64,000 nt of DNA from Candidatus Nomurabacteria bacterium (GCA_040376695.1 JBEIQD010000001.1:217029-281028), one strand, 5' to 3'. Numbered from the stretch's first letter, positions 32,174-42,269 are shown. Notes: generated from the letters alone by a model not told the origin. Translations and numbers: made by a program.

Positions 32174-33919
32174 TTATAGTTCGTTAATTTCGGTAAATGG
32201 AATAAGTCCTTTGATTGACTTTATAATCGCATCTTCTTTCATCGTCATCATTCCATGAGAGCGAGCGAGCTTCCATATCTCTTCTTCGCCCTTACTATGA
32301 AGAACAGCCTCTTGAACATCGTCAGTGAATGTTAGCACCTCAAACACAGGAACACGTCCTTTCATTCCTGTTGGATGTGTTGCATCTGCCTTTGCTTGGT
32401 GAAGTGGTTTATCTAGTGGTAATAATTTTCTAAATTCTTCTGGCATATCCTTAAACTGCTCTTGAATCATTGTCCTCATGCTGTCATTCTCTGGAATCTC
32501 TTCTGCGCACCCTTCTGCAATTTGACGCGATAGACGCTGACCAATCGTTGCGATAATAGTTGGAGCAATAAGATATGGTTCAATACCCATATCCATAAGA
32601 CGCGTAACAACACCAATAGCTGTGTTGGTGTGAATTGTAGAGAACACCAAGTGACCAGTAAGAGCAGCCTGAATAGCAAGACCCGCAGTTTCCGCATCTC
32701 GAATTTCTCCCACCATGATTACGTCAGGATCTTGACGCAAAATAGAACGAAGACCTGAAGCAAACGTATAGCCAATTTCTGGGAACACCTGAGATTGGTT
32801 CATAGAAGGAACGTTATATTCAATTGGATCCTCAAGAGACACCACATTTCTGTGCTCACGATCCAGTTCGTTCAACATCGCGTACAGTGTTGTTGTTTTT
32901 CCAGATCCTGTTGGACCAGAAATCAAAATAATTCCATATGGACGAGCAAGCGCTTCACGAATTGCTGTCATCTGGCGCTCATCAAATCCAAGCGTATCCA
33001 CAGGGCGCACCCCCTTGTAACTATCAAGAATACGAATCACCACCTTTTCTCCATAGTACCCTGGGAATGTCGACACACGGTAGTCAATACTATGATCTCC
33101 TAATTTCGTACTAAAACGTCCGTCTTGAGGCTTTCGTTTTTCGTCAAGCTTAATTGAACAGAGAATCTTTACACGAGCAATAAGCATTGGATGCATCTTT
33201 ACCGGAAGAGTGGTGATAGTTTCAAGTCGCCCATCCAATCTTACACGAGCTCGCACAGCTGTGCCAATATGTTCAATGTGAATGTCAGATGCACCGTTAT
33301 CAATTGCATAGCGCAAAATAATACTAAACACTTCAGGAATAGTAAGTTTTGCAAGATCGTTATCTAAAATTTGTGATACGTCTGAAAGATCAATATCCTC
33401 TCCAAGGTTCTCAGCCCCCTTGTCAGGTTCATCTTTGGAAACATATGAAAGTTTCTCGTCACTAACTTTATCAGTAAGGGAAGCCTTTAAATCAGAGGGA
33501 CTGGCACTAAGTCCAAAATGTTTCTTGTAAGCATCGTATGAAATCAAATATACCTTATACGCTTGATGATCTGTACCGAAAAGGAATTGAAGACTATCCA
33601 ATACATTTCCATGTTCTGGATCCACAACTCCGACTAAAAGCACCCCTTCAACCATTTCTAGCGGTACTGCGAGGAATTGCTTTGACTGAACAACATTAAT
33701 ATAACGAGTGAGTTCTTTATCTTCCGCGATTTCCTTCCCGTAAATAGGAAGTCCATACAGCACGGATCGCACCTGCATAATGTCTTCCCCTGTGATTTGT
33801 TTTGCTTTTAGTAAATCATCAACGAGAACATCGTCACGCACCGAAATATCAGACTCAATGTCCTTTGCTTCAAGTTCTGTTAACTTATTTTGACTAACGA
33901 AGAGGTCGAGTAGAAGCAT
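32174..33919 (-). CDS. pilB: Type IV pilus assembly ATPase PilB (GspE family)
   Basis: 581 aa; N-terminal GSPII_E_N-like domain and Walker A GPTGSGKTTTL. Confidence 0.9.
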   Translation of the reverse strand: MLLLDLFVSQNKLTELEAKDIESDISVRDDVLVDDLLKAKQITGEDIMQVRSVLYGLPIYGKEIAEDKELTRYINVVQSKQFLAVPLEMVEGVLLVGVVDPEHGNVLDSLQFLFGTDHQAYKVYLISYDAYKKHFGLSASPSDLKASLTDKVSDEKLSYVSKDEPDKGAENLGEDIDLSDVSQILDNDLAKLTIPEVFSIILRYAIDNGASDIHIEHIGTAVRARVRLDGRLETITTLPVKMHPMLIARVKILCSIKLDEKRKPQDGRFSTKLGDHSIDYRVSTFPGYYGEKVVIRILDSYKGVRPVDTLGFDERQMTAIREALARPYGIILISGPTGSGKTTTLYAMLNELDREHRNVVSLEDPIEYNVPSMNQSQVFPEIGYTFASGLRSILRQDPDVIMVGEIRDAETAGLAIQAALTGHLVFSTIHTNTAIGVVTRLMDMGIEPYLIAPTIIATIGQRLSRQIAEGCAEEIPENDSMRTMIQEQFKDMPEEFRKLLPLDKPLHQAKADATHPTGMKGRVPVFEVLTFTDDVQEAVLHSKGEEEIWKLARSHGMMTMKEDAIIKSIKGLIPFTEINEL

Positions 33920-34226
33920 ATGGTACGAACGGGTCTACGCGACCACGTGTATCGTTAGTTGAGATGGTTTCTGAAAAGTCACGGAGCTGTCGCACAAGCG
34001 CAGAGTCCATGAAGTTCGCATCTGTGAATGAAATACGATCCTGATTTACGACTTTAAGGAAAAGTACAAAATTCTGTCCGAGTAATTGCTCGTTGATTTT
34101 AGTTTCAGAAACAGACGCTGAACCTTCGCTGAAACTTGTATACAGATAATATGCTCCAAATAGGAAAAGGAGGAGAATTGCTGCTTCGATGATAACTGTT
34201 TTCTTTTGTACGAAAAATGATTGCAT
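33894..34226 (-). CDS. Small membrane-anchored protein inside the pilus operon (possibly a PilP-like accessory)
   Basis: 110 aa with an N-terminal TM; sits between pilO and pilB and overlaps the pilB start by 26 nt. Confidence 0.4.
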   Translation of the reverse strand: MQSFFVQKKTVIIEAAILLLFLFGAYYLYTSFSEGSASVSETKINEQLLGQNFVLFLKVVNQDRISFTDANFMDSALVRQLRDFSETISTNDTRGRVDPFVPYASTRPLR

Positions 34227-34235
34227 ATACGTGAA

Positions 34236-34787
34236 TTATTTTATGAAGTAGGTCTCAAGCTTTACCTGGTATGAAGTAGGATCACTCTCACGCTCAGGGG
34301 CTGCAAAGTTCACTGTTTGTATTGAGAAAAGTCGCAAACTCTTTTCAAATGTATCCATAAGAACCTTAAATTGTGGGTATGTTGTCTTAACAGTAAATGA
34401 AATACCTGCCGATCCACGACCGTTCGTTGTTGATGGGCCGTCTGAGTATGCAAGTTCATTAAATGGAATTCCTGCTTCTACAGAAATATTATACACCTCA
34501 CTAAGTAGTCTCACTTTATCAATACTGTCAGGCACCATCACTTTCATTTTAGCTTTCTGTTCATCGGTAACACGAGAATACTGTGAGCGAAGTGTTTCTG
34601 CTTGCGTGAAAAGATTATCCGCTTGATTGAGGGTCTCATCATACTGACTCTTTAGTTCTCGAAGTGACTGGACACTTTCTGTTGGCTGCCACACACCACC
34701 CACACCCTTATAGAGTGGACCGATCAATAGATAATACACTGCGAATGTTCCAACGATGAGCAATAAGTTAAGGAGATTTTTTGACAT
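34236..34787 (-). CDS. PilO-like pilus assembly protein
   Basis: N-terminal TM plus coiled coil; positioned after PilN. Confidence 0.55.
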   Translation of the reverse strand: MSKNLLNLLLIVGTFAVYYLLIGPLYKGVGGVWQPTESVQSLRELKSQYDETLNQADNLFTQAETLRSQYSRVTDEQKAKMKVMVPDSIDKVRLLSEVYNISVEAGIPFNELAYSDGPSTTNGRGSAGISFTVKTTYPQFKVLMDTFEKSLRLFSIQTVNFAAPERESDPTSYQVKLETYFIK

Positions 34788-34794
34788 AGTGGTA

Positions 34795-35589
34795 TTACCT
34801 TCTTGGTGAGGTAGTTGTTCCAGTAGAAGTTCCTGTTACTGGCGTTGTTGTACCTGTAGTAGGAAGTATCGGCATAGTTGATGAACTTGTACCCATGATT
34901 GGAGACGTTGAAGCAACTCGCGCGGCTGCACCATCTGAAAGATTAATACCTTCAGGAAGAAGCCCTGCGATCAAGATAGGCATCTTAAGAGTAAACCCGA
35001 TATTTCCTGTTTCGTTAGGCTGCAACCCTTCAACGACAATATCCTGTATGTATGTTGTGTATGGCTTACGCTTAAGTGTGTCCACTTGTTGAGCAATGCT
35101 CTTATAGTTAGGAGCAACACCGCCAAGCTGAAGAGCGTACCCTTTTGTCTGCGGGTTATATCGCAATTCAAAACGTTCATAAGTCACCTGATTTTCAATA
35201 CTGTCTTCAACAATACGGAATGCAACGTTTGCTGATGGGTGCTCTTTAACCAACTGATTAATTATTTTAATCCGATTAGAGAGTTTACGCATGTCTTCAA
35301 GTGGAAGCGTTGCGAGACGTGATTCATAGTCCGCAAGTAATGCTTTCTTGGCATCAATTTGAGATGAGAGGTAATACTGATACCCAAAAAGTCCTACAGC
35401 AATTAATACCGCAGCACCAAAGACTGCCATCAAAACAAGCTGAACTAGTGATTTACCATGCTCCCCTTCTCGTGCCATAAGACTCGATACTGCTGTTCCA
35501 CCAAAAGAAGCCGCAGGAGTAGGTACAGGTAACGGAGCGTCTCCGTTTGGTGTGGTTTGTGATATCTCTGGTTTAAATGAAAACGGCAT
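34795..35589 (-). CDS. PilN-like pilus assembly protein with a Thr/Ser/Gly-rich C-terminal tail
   Basis: Single TM after a short cytoplasmic N-terminus; positioned after PilM. Confidence 0.5.
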   Translation of the reverse strand: MPFSFKPEISQTTPNGDAPLPVPTPAASFGGTAVSSLMAREGEHGKSLVQLVLMAVFGAAVLIAVGLFGYQYYLSSQIDAKKALLADYESRLATLPLEDMRKLSNRIKIINQLVKEHPSANVAFRIVEDSIENQVTYERFELRYNPQTKGYALQLGGVAPNYKSIAQQVDTLKRKPYTTYIQDIVVEGLQPNETGNIGFTLKMPILIAGLLPEGINLSDGAAARVASTSPIMGTSSSTMPILPTTGTTTPVTGTSTGTTTSPRR

Positions 35590-35609
35590 ACGTGAGGTGG
35601 TGGTGAATC

Positions 35610-36692
35610 TTAGGGAATTAATTTCTTAAGCGCGCATCCAACAGCTACAGAGTATGATGGACCGATTCGCTCAATCATCTCATGAAGAAATGGCGGCACA
35701 TCTACCTGTTCAAATGGTGTCGCAATTCTCCCTGGAATATGTACCGTCTCATTATATGATTCGATTACCCCCGGGAGACGAGCTCCGCCACCTGATAAAA
35801 TTATCCCTTCAATAGTTTGATTATACTTTCTTTCGTACATAAGAGATAGACGTGCGACCTCTCCAAACAGTGGATAACTAGAAAGCTGCATCACATCTTT
35901 CACGTAAGGATTGGTTGCGTCTCCTTTATATCCAAATGTTCGCTTTGTTTCTTCTGCGGTATCAATTGGAATTGAAAGTGCTTTCGATAATTGAATAGTT
36001 CCGTCTTGTGAACCTCGACTTATTACATGCATGTCGAGCACGGTATTGTTATGAATAAGAGAAAGCGTCGTGTATTGTGCACCAATATCTACATAAAGAA
36101 CCATTCCCGCACTTTTCGGAGACACACTACGCATCATAGAATACCCCTGAATCTCATATTCAACATTTGTCAGAGAAAGTTTCTTAATAACACGATCGTA
36201 CATCGTAAGCGTCTCATTTTTCACCGCAGCCAATACCACGTTGATCATACGTTCGTTTGCACCAATGTTTACCGTTGTAGGAATGTGCCACCAATCCATC
36301 TGTACTTCTGATAATGGTATCGGAATATACTTACGGGCCTCAAATGGCATCATGCTACGAAGTTCGTTATCATCCACCTTAGGAACTTTTACAAGCGATA
36401 CGAATGCAGCGGACGAATCAATAGAAACAACAGCATCTCGCGCAGTAATTTTTGCTTCCTTAATAACATCTTGTATCGCTTCAACAAGTTTTTCTTCACC
36501 CAAGTGAACTGCCTGTCCTGCAACCATGCCACCGTATGGACCAAGTGCTATCTCACCGTAGGTGTCGAGAATAATTTTTTCTTTCTCACGACGAAGTTGC
36601 ACAACCTTAACGGAAGCACTTCCAATATCAAGTCCAATTGCTTGACCAACGTCTTCTTTTTTAAAGATGTTGAACATATACGTAGTATACAC
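35610..36692 (-). CDS. pilM: Type IV pilus assembly ATPase-fold protein PilM
   Basis: Actin-like fold motifs GLDIGSASVKVV and ILSGGGA. Confidence 0.8.
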   Translation of the reverse strand: MYTTYMFNIFKKEDVGQAIGLDIGSASVKVVQLRREKEKIILDTYGEIALGPYGGMVAGQAVHLGEEKLVEAIQDVIKEAKITARDAVVSIDSSAAFVSLVKVPKVDDNELRSMMPFEARKYIPIPLSEVQMDWWHIPTTVNIGANERMINVVLAAVKNETLTMYDRVIKKLSLTNVEYEIQGYSMMRSVSPKSAGMVLYVDIGAQYTTLSLIHNNTVLDMHVISRGSQDGTIQLSKALSIPIDTAEETKRTFGYKGDATNPYVKDVMQLSSYPLFGEVARLSLMYERKYNQTIEGIILSGGGARLPGVIESYNETVHIPGRIATPFEQVDVPPFLHEMIERIGPSYSVAVGCALKKLIP

Positions 36693-36728
36693 TCTTGTAT
36701 CACAGAGATTATGTATACACTGAGAGAT

Positions 36729-37343
36729 ATGTGGATGGTAACTTCATTCTTTCAAATACTTTTTCCTCCGCAGTGCTTTGGTTGTAGTAAAAGCTCTACA
36801 CCGCTTTGCGCTCGTTGCGTTCGACTTACAAGAAAATCTCTTTCATCTCCCTATCCATACATCACTTCTGTCTTTGATTTCAAAGACCCGCTCATCAAAC
36901 GAGTCATTCACGCTAGCAAATACTATCACCGAAAAGATTTGCTACCACCTCTTGTTGCAGAGCTTGCACAAGAGATACAAAAGCTTCCAGATATTCATCT
37001 CTATACTCTTGTGCCTATCCCAATGCCACGTATACGAAAGCTCCTTCGTGGGTATAATCAGTCAGAGCTTATTGCACAACAACTCTCCACGCTTCTTTCT
37101 GTTCCTGTTTCAACCTCAATGCTCAGGCGTATCAAAACCCCGCTTCGCCAAGCAGTAACTAAAACAAAAACCGAACGAATGAAAAACCAACATGGAAGTT
37201 TTGGTATTGTTGATGGCGCACCCTCAACACACATCATTTTAATTGACGACGTAACAACCACTGGTGCAACGCTCGTTGAAGCGCGAAACATTCTTCTCAA
37301 AAACGGCACAAAATCTGTTCTCGCCTATACTCTTGCTCACTAA
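36729..37343 (+). CDS. comF: ComF-family phosphoribosyltransferase-domain competence protein
   Basis: N-terminal four-Cys (CFGC...CARC) plus a PRTase motif ILIDDVTTTGATL. Start placed at 36729; the ORF-track start 36471 would overlap pilM. Confidence 0.75.
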   Translation: MWMVTSFFQILFPPQCFGCSKSSTPLCARCVRLTRKSLSSPYPYITSVFDFKDPLIKRVIHASKYYHRKDLLPPLVAELAQEIQKLPDIHLYTLVPIPMPRIRKLLRGYNQSELIAQQLSTLLSVPVSTSMLRRIKTPLRQAVTKTKTERMKNQHGSFGIVDGAPSTHIILIDDVTTTGATLVEARNILLKNGTKSVLAYTLAH

Positions 37344-37346
37344 AAA

Positions 37347-37372
37347 TAAAAACACCCGCAATGGGTGTTTTT
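37347..37372. terminator. Bidirectional terminator after comF
   Basis: aaaaacacccgcaatgggtgttttt. Confidence 0.6.
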
Positions 37373-37390
37373 ATTGTTACCTACCTTTCT

Positions 37391-37846
37391 TTAGTTCTTC
37401 TGTCCTCCAAAAAGATTTCTGAAGAAATTCATCAACTTCTGATTTTCAAAACGAGGAGTCTGCACTGTTCCTGTAGCAGATGCTTCTGCTCGCACATCTT
37501 TACGCTCTTCCATGTATTCCTTTCGTTCCTCTTTAATGTCCTTACGAACTTCCTTTACAGTCGTCGTAGATCCATCTGGTTTTACAATCATCGGCTTCAT
37601 GTTTCCAACAATTGCCTTAATCTTCACTTCGTATTCCGCCTGAAGTGCTTTCATTTTTATTTCCATTTCCTGACGAAGTGCTTTTACCTGTGCATCAATA
37701 GATGCATCTCCTGTTGTCATTACTGGCATAGCCATAGCAGGACGGGCTGCCGTTGCTTGAGCACTAGCTGTTACCGAAACCTCCTGAGCGCTTGCAAATG
37801 CAAGTGCTGAAAGTGCGAGAGTTGTTGTTATAAGTATTTTCTTCAT
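37391..37846 (-). CDS. Secreted hypothetical protein (signal peptide, coiled-coil, Lys/Glu-rich)
   Basis: MKKILITTTLALSALAFASAQE signal peptide. Confidence 0.5.
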   Translation of the reverse strand: MKKILITTTLALSALAFASAQEVSVTASAQATAARPAMAMPVMTTGDASIDAQVKALRQEMEIKMKALQAEYEVKIKAIVGNMKPMIVKPDGSTTTVKEVRKDIKEERKEYMEERKDVRAEASATGTVQTPRFENQKLMNFFRNLFGGQKN

Positions 37847-37922
37847 ATATAGATAATTAATTAGTAAGTGTCTTACTTCAGTATACCGCCACCCTAGGCG
37901 AGAAATATTTTGATGTTCACAT

Positions 37923-38654
37923 CTATGGCTTCACGCCTCCCTGTGGAGGCATGATTGTTTCCTTTGTTTCGTCGTACAATCTAATAGCAACTACAAAAAG
38001 TTCTGATCCTTGTTTCTGAAGGAAGAAAACCAATGTATCACCCACTTCATATACCGGCCTATCTTTTCTTGTTCTATCAGAGACCATGAGTGTTACCTCA
38101 TCTCCATTTTTAAGTTTAAGTTTATACACATTACCCTTCACCTCGAGAAGCGTCCCCGCGAGTGTAAGTGGTGGCGCACGTTTTTTAAGTTGCGTATGAA
38201 TTGCTTCAATACCTGGAACCTTTTGTGTTTGCCCAAAGCGTGCAATTTTTGATTCCTTATCCGCAAGCAAAACAAGCGCGAAAAGAAACAGTGTAAAAAG
38301 TAATCCAAGTCCAAGTGTTGCTGCAACTGGCTTCATATATGCGAAGGCAAAGTGCCGCACCAGTACATGCAAAATGAGAAACACTGTCGTCACTAATACA
38401 ATAAGCAGAAACGGTAGTGTGTAGATAATCTCAAACACTGTCCGCGGTCCAAATGAAAGTGCTTCAAACAATAAATGTTCACGAAGGAAGAACGCAACAA
38501 AACTTACCAAATACAAGAGCACTAAGAAAAGAGCAATTACGCCGAACACAATACCAAGCGTCATGAGTACAAAGTGCCACTTTGGTTTTTGTCGTATTGC
38601 TCCGCTTTCAATTTTCTTCAATATGAGATTGTGTATGTTGTTAATGGTATTCAT
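37923..38654 (-). CDS. Putative anti-sigma factor / membrane protein translationally coupled to the ECF sigma gene
   Basis: Multi-TM protein whose start overlaps the end of the sigma gene by 14 nt. Confidence 0.5.
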   Translation of the reverse strand: MNTINNIHNLILKKIESGAIRQKPKWHFVLMTLGIVFGVIALFLVLLYLVSFVAFFLREHLLFEALSFGPRTVFEIIYTLPFLLIVLVTTVFLILHVLVRHFAFAYMKPVAATLGLGLLFTLFLFALVLLADKESKIARFGQTQKVPGIEAIHTQLKKRAPPLTLAGTLLEVKGNVYKLKLKNGDEVTLMVSDRTRKDRPVYEVGDTLVFFLQKQGSELFVVAIRLYDETKETIMPPQGGVKP

Positions 38655-39216
38655 GGATAGTTGTAGTTTCTAGTTTCACTAACTCGTACGCTTTTTTCTT
38701 CGCACGGTTAATACGTACACCGACTGACGATATAGGAATCTTGAGCACAAGAGAAATTTCTTTATATGAAAGCTCTTCGTAAAAATACAGCACAAGAATT
38801 TCTCTGTAGCTTTCAGGAAGTTTGATAAGCACCTGCTCAATATCTTTCTTCAAAACTTCCAAATCAATGTTTTCTTCTGTCTTGTCGTGATATGCAAAAT
38901 ATGGAACAAGAGCCTCAGGGTCAAACCATGAGAACGGAGTAGACTTTTTCTTCTTCAATACATTCAATGCTTCATTGTGAGCAATACGATATACCCACGA
39001 AGAAAATGTGTAACTCTCATCAAAGCTTTGAATATTAATGTAAGCCTTAACAAGGACATCCTGAAGAACATCTGTAACAGCGTCATCGTCATGCAAAAAT
39101 CGCCCTAGATATCGTGTAAGCTTTGCTTCGTAACGATTCATAAGCTCACCAAAGGCTTCGGCATCGCCTTGCTTTACCTTTCGCACTATATCTATATCTG
39201 TATAGGTGACTGTCAC
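38641..39216 (-). CDS. ECF-type RNA polymerase sigma-70 family factor
   Basis: Region 2 (VLQDVLVKAY...FSSWVYRIAHNEALN) and a region 4 HTH; 191 aa. Confidence 0.85.
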   Translation of the reverse strand: MTVTYTDIDIVRKVKQGDAEAFGELMNRYEAKLTRYLGRFLHDDDAVTDVLQDVLVKAYINIQSFDESYTFSSWVYRIAHNEALNVLKKKKSTPFSWFDPEALVPYFAYHDKTEENIDLEVLKKDIEQVLIKLPESYREILVLYFYEELSYKEISLVLKIPISSVGVRINRAKKKAYELVKLETTTIHEYH

Positions 39217-39354
39217 TTCTTACATACTACAACAAAGAGACTTTTTTCTTACACTTTGAAATAAGATACTTTTTGCACCTGTACTAGCTTATGTAAGGGA
39301 CGCCTTACCAACGGACACATTACTTAGCTTAATTACATTTGAAAAACTACCAAT

Positions 39355-40026
39355 ATGAATAAAAAGAAAATGGCAGCAATTGCCCTCATCCCGACACTTG
39401 GTGTCGCAGCCCTCGCGGGTTCAGTATTCGCAGCAAGTGAATCGACAACAACACCTTCTACCAATTCAGTATCGCGACCATTCAAGGATGGTCACGGCAT
39501 GATGAACAACACCATCTTCACGCAGGACCTCGCTTTCGCACTTGGACTTACTGTTGCTGATGTACAAGCAAAGATTGACGCTGGACAAACTCCAGACCAA
39601 ATCATCACAGCAACTGGTATTTCAAAAGACACTGTCATGGCAGCAATGAAAACTGCTCGCGACACGGCAATGAAAGCAAAGCTTGCTGAGAAAGTTGCAG
39701 CAGGAACAATCACTCAGGCACAGGCAGATGAAATGCTTACACGTATGACAGCTGCTCATGGCAAAGAAATGCGTGGACACAAAGGTGGGCTTGGAGACAC
39801 TAAGCACACAGAAGCATTAGCTACTGCACTTGGTATGACAACGACAGATCTTCAAGCAGCACTTACTTCTGGTAAAACAATTGATGAAATAACTACATCT
39901 CTTGGTCTTACAAAAGAAGCAGTGATGGCAAAAATGGAAGCCTCTCGTCCTAAGGATGCAGATGGTAATCCCCTACGTCCGGCTCACGGACCACGCGGAG
40001 TAAAGACAACAACTTCTACTCAATAA
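39355..40026 (+). CDS. Secreted protein with two internal about 50-aa repeats, Ala/Thr-rich and GC-richer
   Basis: Signal peptide MNKKKMAAIALIPTLGVAALAGSVFA. Repeat units LAFALGLTVADVQAKIDAGQTPDQIITATGISKDTVMAAMK and LATALGMTTTDLQAALTSGKTIDEITTSLGLTKEAVMAKME. Confidence 0.55.
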   Translation: MNKKKMAAIALIPTLGVAALAGSVFAASESTTTPSTNSVSRPFKDGHGMMNNTIFTQDLAFALGLTVADVQAKIDAGQTPDQIITATGISKDTVMAAMKTARDTAMKAKLAEKVAAGTITQAQADEMLTRMTAAHGKEMRGHKGGLGDTKHTEALATALGMTTTDLQAALTSGKTIDEITTSLGLTKEAVMAKMEASRPKDADGNPLRPAHGPRGVKTTTSTQ

Positions 40027-40130
40027 TACACAGAAGTTTCCTACAGTAAAAAGCACCTAGGATTAAGGTGCTTTTTACTGTGTGGACTAGTTTCTGTGAG
40101 CAATAGTATAGAAAGTGATAAAATAAACAC

Positions 40131-41012
40131 ATGAAAACAATAACTCCACATCTATGGTTTGACAAGGAAGCAAAAGAAGCGACAGCATTGTACGTGTCTC
40201 TTTTTAAGGATTCAGAGATTACTAACATCACCACTATTACTGGTACTCCATCAGGAGATTGCGATACTGTCAGTTTCAAACTCGCAGGACTTCCGTACAT
40301 GGCAATAAGTGCTGGTCCATACTTTACAATCAATCCTTCAATATCTCTTTCTGTAAACTTTGACACTGAAGCAGAAATAGAAAAAGTATGGAACACCCTC
40401 GTCGAAGGTGGAAAAGTACTCATGGCATACGATACCTATCCGTGGGCAAAAAAATATGGATGGCTACAAGATAAGTACGGAGTATCGTGGCAGCTTTCAA
40501 TGAGCGAGAATCCGCAAGATGAGCAAAAGATCATACCCTCTTTTATGTTCACTCAAGCGGTGGCAGGTAAGGCAAAAGAAGCAATTGCAGACTACACAAG
40601 TATTTTCCCAAACTCTTCCACTGACCTCGTTGTGGAATACGAAGAAGGTGACGGTGATACAGTTGGATTTATTAAACATGCTCGTTTTACTCTCAATGGC
40701 AGCTCCTTCATCGCTATGGATAGCTCAGCGGCGCATGAGTTCACGTTTAATGAAGGCATCTCTCTTATCGTTACCTGCGACACCCAAGAAGAAATTGACC
40801 ACTACTGGGAGAAACTGTCTTTCGTTCCAGAATCAGAACAGTGTGGCTGGTGCAAAGACAAGTATGGAGTATCGTGGCAAATCGTTCCAAGCATCATGGA
40901 TGAAGTGATGGCAAGCGGTGACACAGAAAAGATTGCACGAGTTACCCAAGCATTTCTTCAGATGAAAAAGTTTGATATTAAAAAACTGGAGGAAGCGGCT
41001 GAAGGGAAATAA
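40131..41012 (+). CDS. Tandem PhnB-like / 3-demethylubiquinone-9 3-methyltransferase-domain (VOC superfamily) protein
   Basis: Two repeats, each with an ITPHLWF-type start and the GW(L/C)KDKYGVSWQ signature. Confidence 0.85.
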   Translation: MKTITPHLWFDKEAKEATALYVSLFKDSEITNITTITGTPSGDCDTVSFKLAGLPYMAISAGPYFTINPSISLSVNFDTEAEIEKVWNTLVEGGKVLMAYDTYPWAKKYGWLQDKYGVSWQLSMSENPQDEQKIIPSFMFTQAVAGKAKEAIADYTSIFPNSSTDLVVEYEEGDGDTVGFIKHARFTLNGSSFIAMDSSAAHEFTFNEGISLIVTCDTQEEIDHYWEKLSFVPESEQCGWCKDKYGVSWQIVPSIMDEVMASGDTEKIARVTQAFLQMKKFDIKKLEEAAEGK

Positions 41013-41023
41013 GTAAGCAAATA

Positions 41024-41051
41024 AAAATACCCACCTAGGTGGGTATTTTTA
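41024..41051 (+). terminator. Intrinsic terminator
   Basis: aaaaatacccacctaggtgggtattttt. Confidence 0.6.
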
Positions 41052-41147
41052 TTTGCGGTGATGATGAGTTAAGTGCCCATAGGGTCAATCACCATAAGGG
41101 TATTTTAGTATCTTTGGCATAGCTGATTCGAGGACACTAGGTCACGA

Positions 41148-41477
41148 TTATCTGCTTGTAAAACCATCTAGTGAGGCAAACCTTTTGATTTTCTTGTCAT
41201 AAACTTTTGAGCGGTAATAGAGCGCAATACCGCTAGTAATTAGAGATAAGACACAAAAGGCTATTGCGCTGAATAAAAGTACATTACTCGATTGTGTTGC
41301 ATATGATGTCCAGAAACTCACTGCAGTAGAAAATGCTAGTGATGCTATAAGAAAAAATATCTCGTAATGTCTTAATTCGTTTCCTTGAACGAGTTCAATT
41401 TGAATGGACTCAGGCAGATTAACAACCACACTGGTATCTTTTTTACGACTTTTATCGACCTTTGATGTCTTTTTCAT
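41148..41477 (-). CDS. Small two-TM membrane protein (hypothetical)
   Basis: 109 aa; immediately downstream of the 41487..42269 gene. Confidence 0.45.
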   Translation of the reverse strand: MKKTSKVDKSRKKDTSVVVNLPESIQIELVQGNELRHYEIFFLIASLAFSTAVSFWTSYATQSSNVLLFSAIAFCVLSLITSGIALYYRSKVYDKKIKRFASLDGFTSR

Positions 41478-41486
41478 CTTAATTTA

Positions 41487-42269
41487 TTATTCCGAAATAT
41501 TAACCTCAGGTACCACCTCTTTGAGGTGTGCATTAGAAAATGCCGTTAGTGCAGTACGTGCATCTTTCAAATCCCCATCGGCGATAGCATTTGATGTCAT
41601 TTCATTACGTGGAATAATAAGCTTAATTCCGCCTTTGAAATTGAAAACGAAACTGTCGACCTCTTCTACTCTGACAGCACTTGAAAGAGAAGGTATTTTT
41701 TCTGTAACTTTGCTTGGTGTTACAGTGGTCTCAGTTGGGATTACTTCGGTTGTTCCTTGTAACTCTGATAAAACCAATATTTCATTCTGCATCATTCCAG
41801 AGTATTCTGCTGACCTTACGAAATTTCTTGCTGCAGTATCTTTGGCTGCTGCTTCAATACCGTAGTCGTGTACTAAAAGGTTGCCGAGTGTCTGAACTTC
41901 TGGTAATTTCTTCCCTTTGAAGACTTCAACTAATTCACCGTAAAGTTGCGGAGCAACAAACGCTTTACGTATCGCTTGAACCTTTGATGATTCATCTCGT
42001 GGAAAGGCTATCTCTTTTCCTAGCGGAGACAGAGAGAGTTTTCCGCTTTCCTGGTTGATTAGACCGAATTGTTTAGCAGAGCTCACACGACCGATGAATG
42101 TTGAGTTGTTTACTGCTTTACCCATATGTGCTGCTACAGCGTCACTAGACACTCTATTCCCCCCTAGAGTATTTACGATACCGATAAATGTGATAACTTC
42201 CTCAAGATCATAGCGGGGGTATAACCTACTTCTTGTCTTTGTTTCCTTTTCTTTTGGTGTATTTTCCAT
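41487..42269 (-). CDS. Hypothetical protein with a possible N-terminal winged-helix region
   Basis: 260 aa; preceded by a 380-nt AT-rich leader that contains a perfect DnaA box. Confidence 0.5.
   Translation of the reverse strand: MENTPKEKETKTRSRLYPRYDLEEVITFIGIVNTLGGNRVSSDAVAAHMGKAVNNSTFIGRVSSAKQFGLINQESGKLSLSPLGKEIAFPRDESSKVQAIRKAFVAPQLYGELVEVFKGKKLPEVQTLGNLLVHDYGIEAAAKDTAARNFVRSAEYSGMMQNEILVLSELQGTTEVIPTETTVTPSKVTEKIPSLSSAVRVEEVDSFVFNFKGGIKLIIPRNEMTSNAIADGDLKDARTALTAFSNAHLKEVVPEVNISE

Noticed and set aside
36471-36728. Upstream extension of the comF ORF (ORF-track start 36471)
   Set aside because: It would run antisense through the 5' end of pilM. The Met at 36729, just after the pilM start, is the sensible initiation site.
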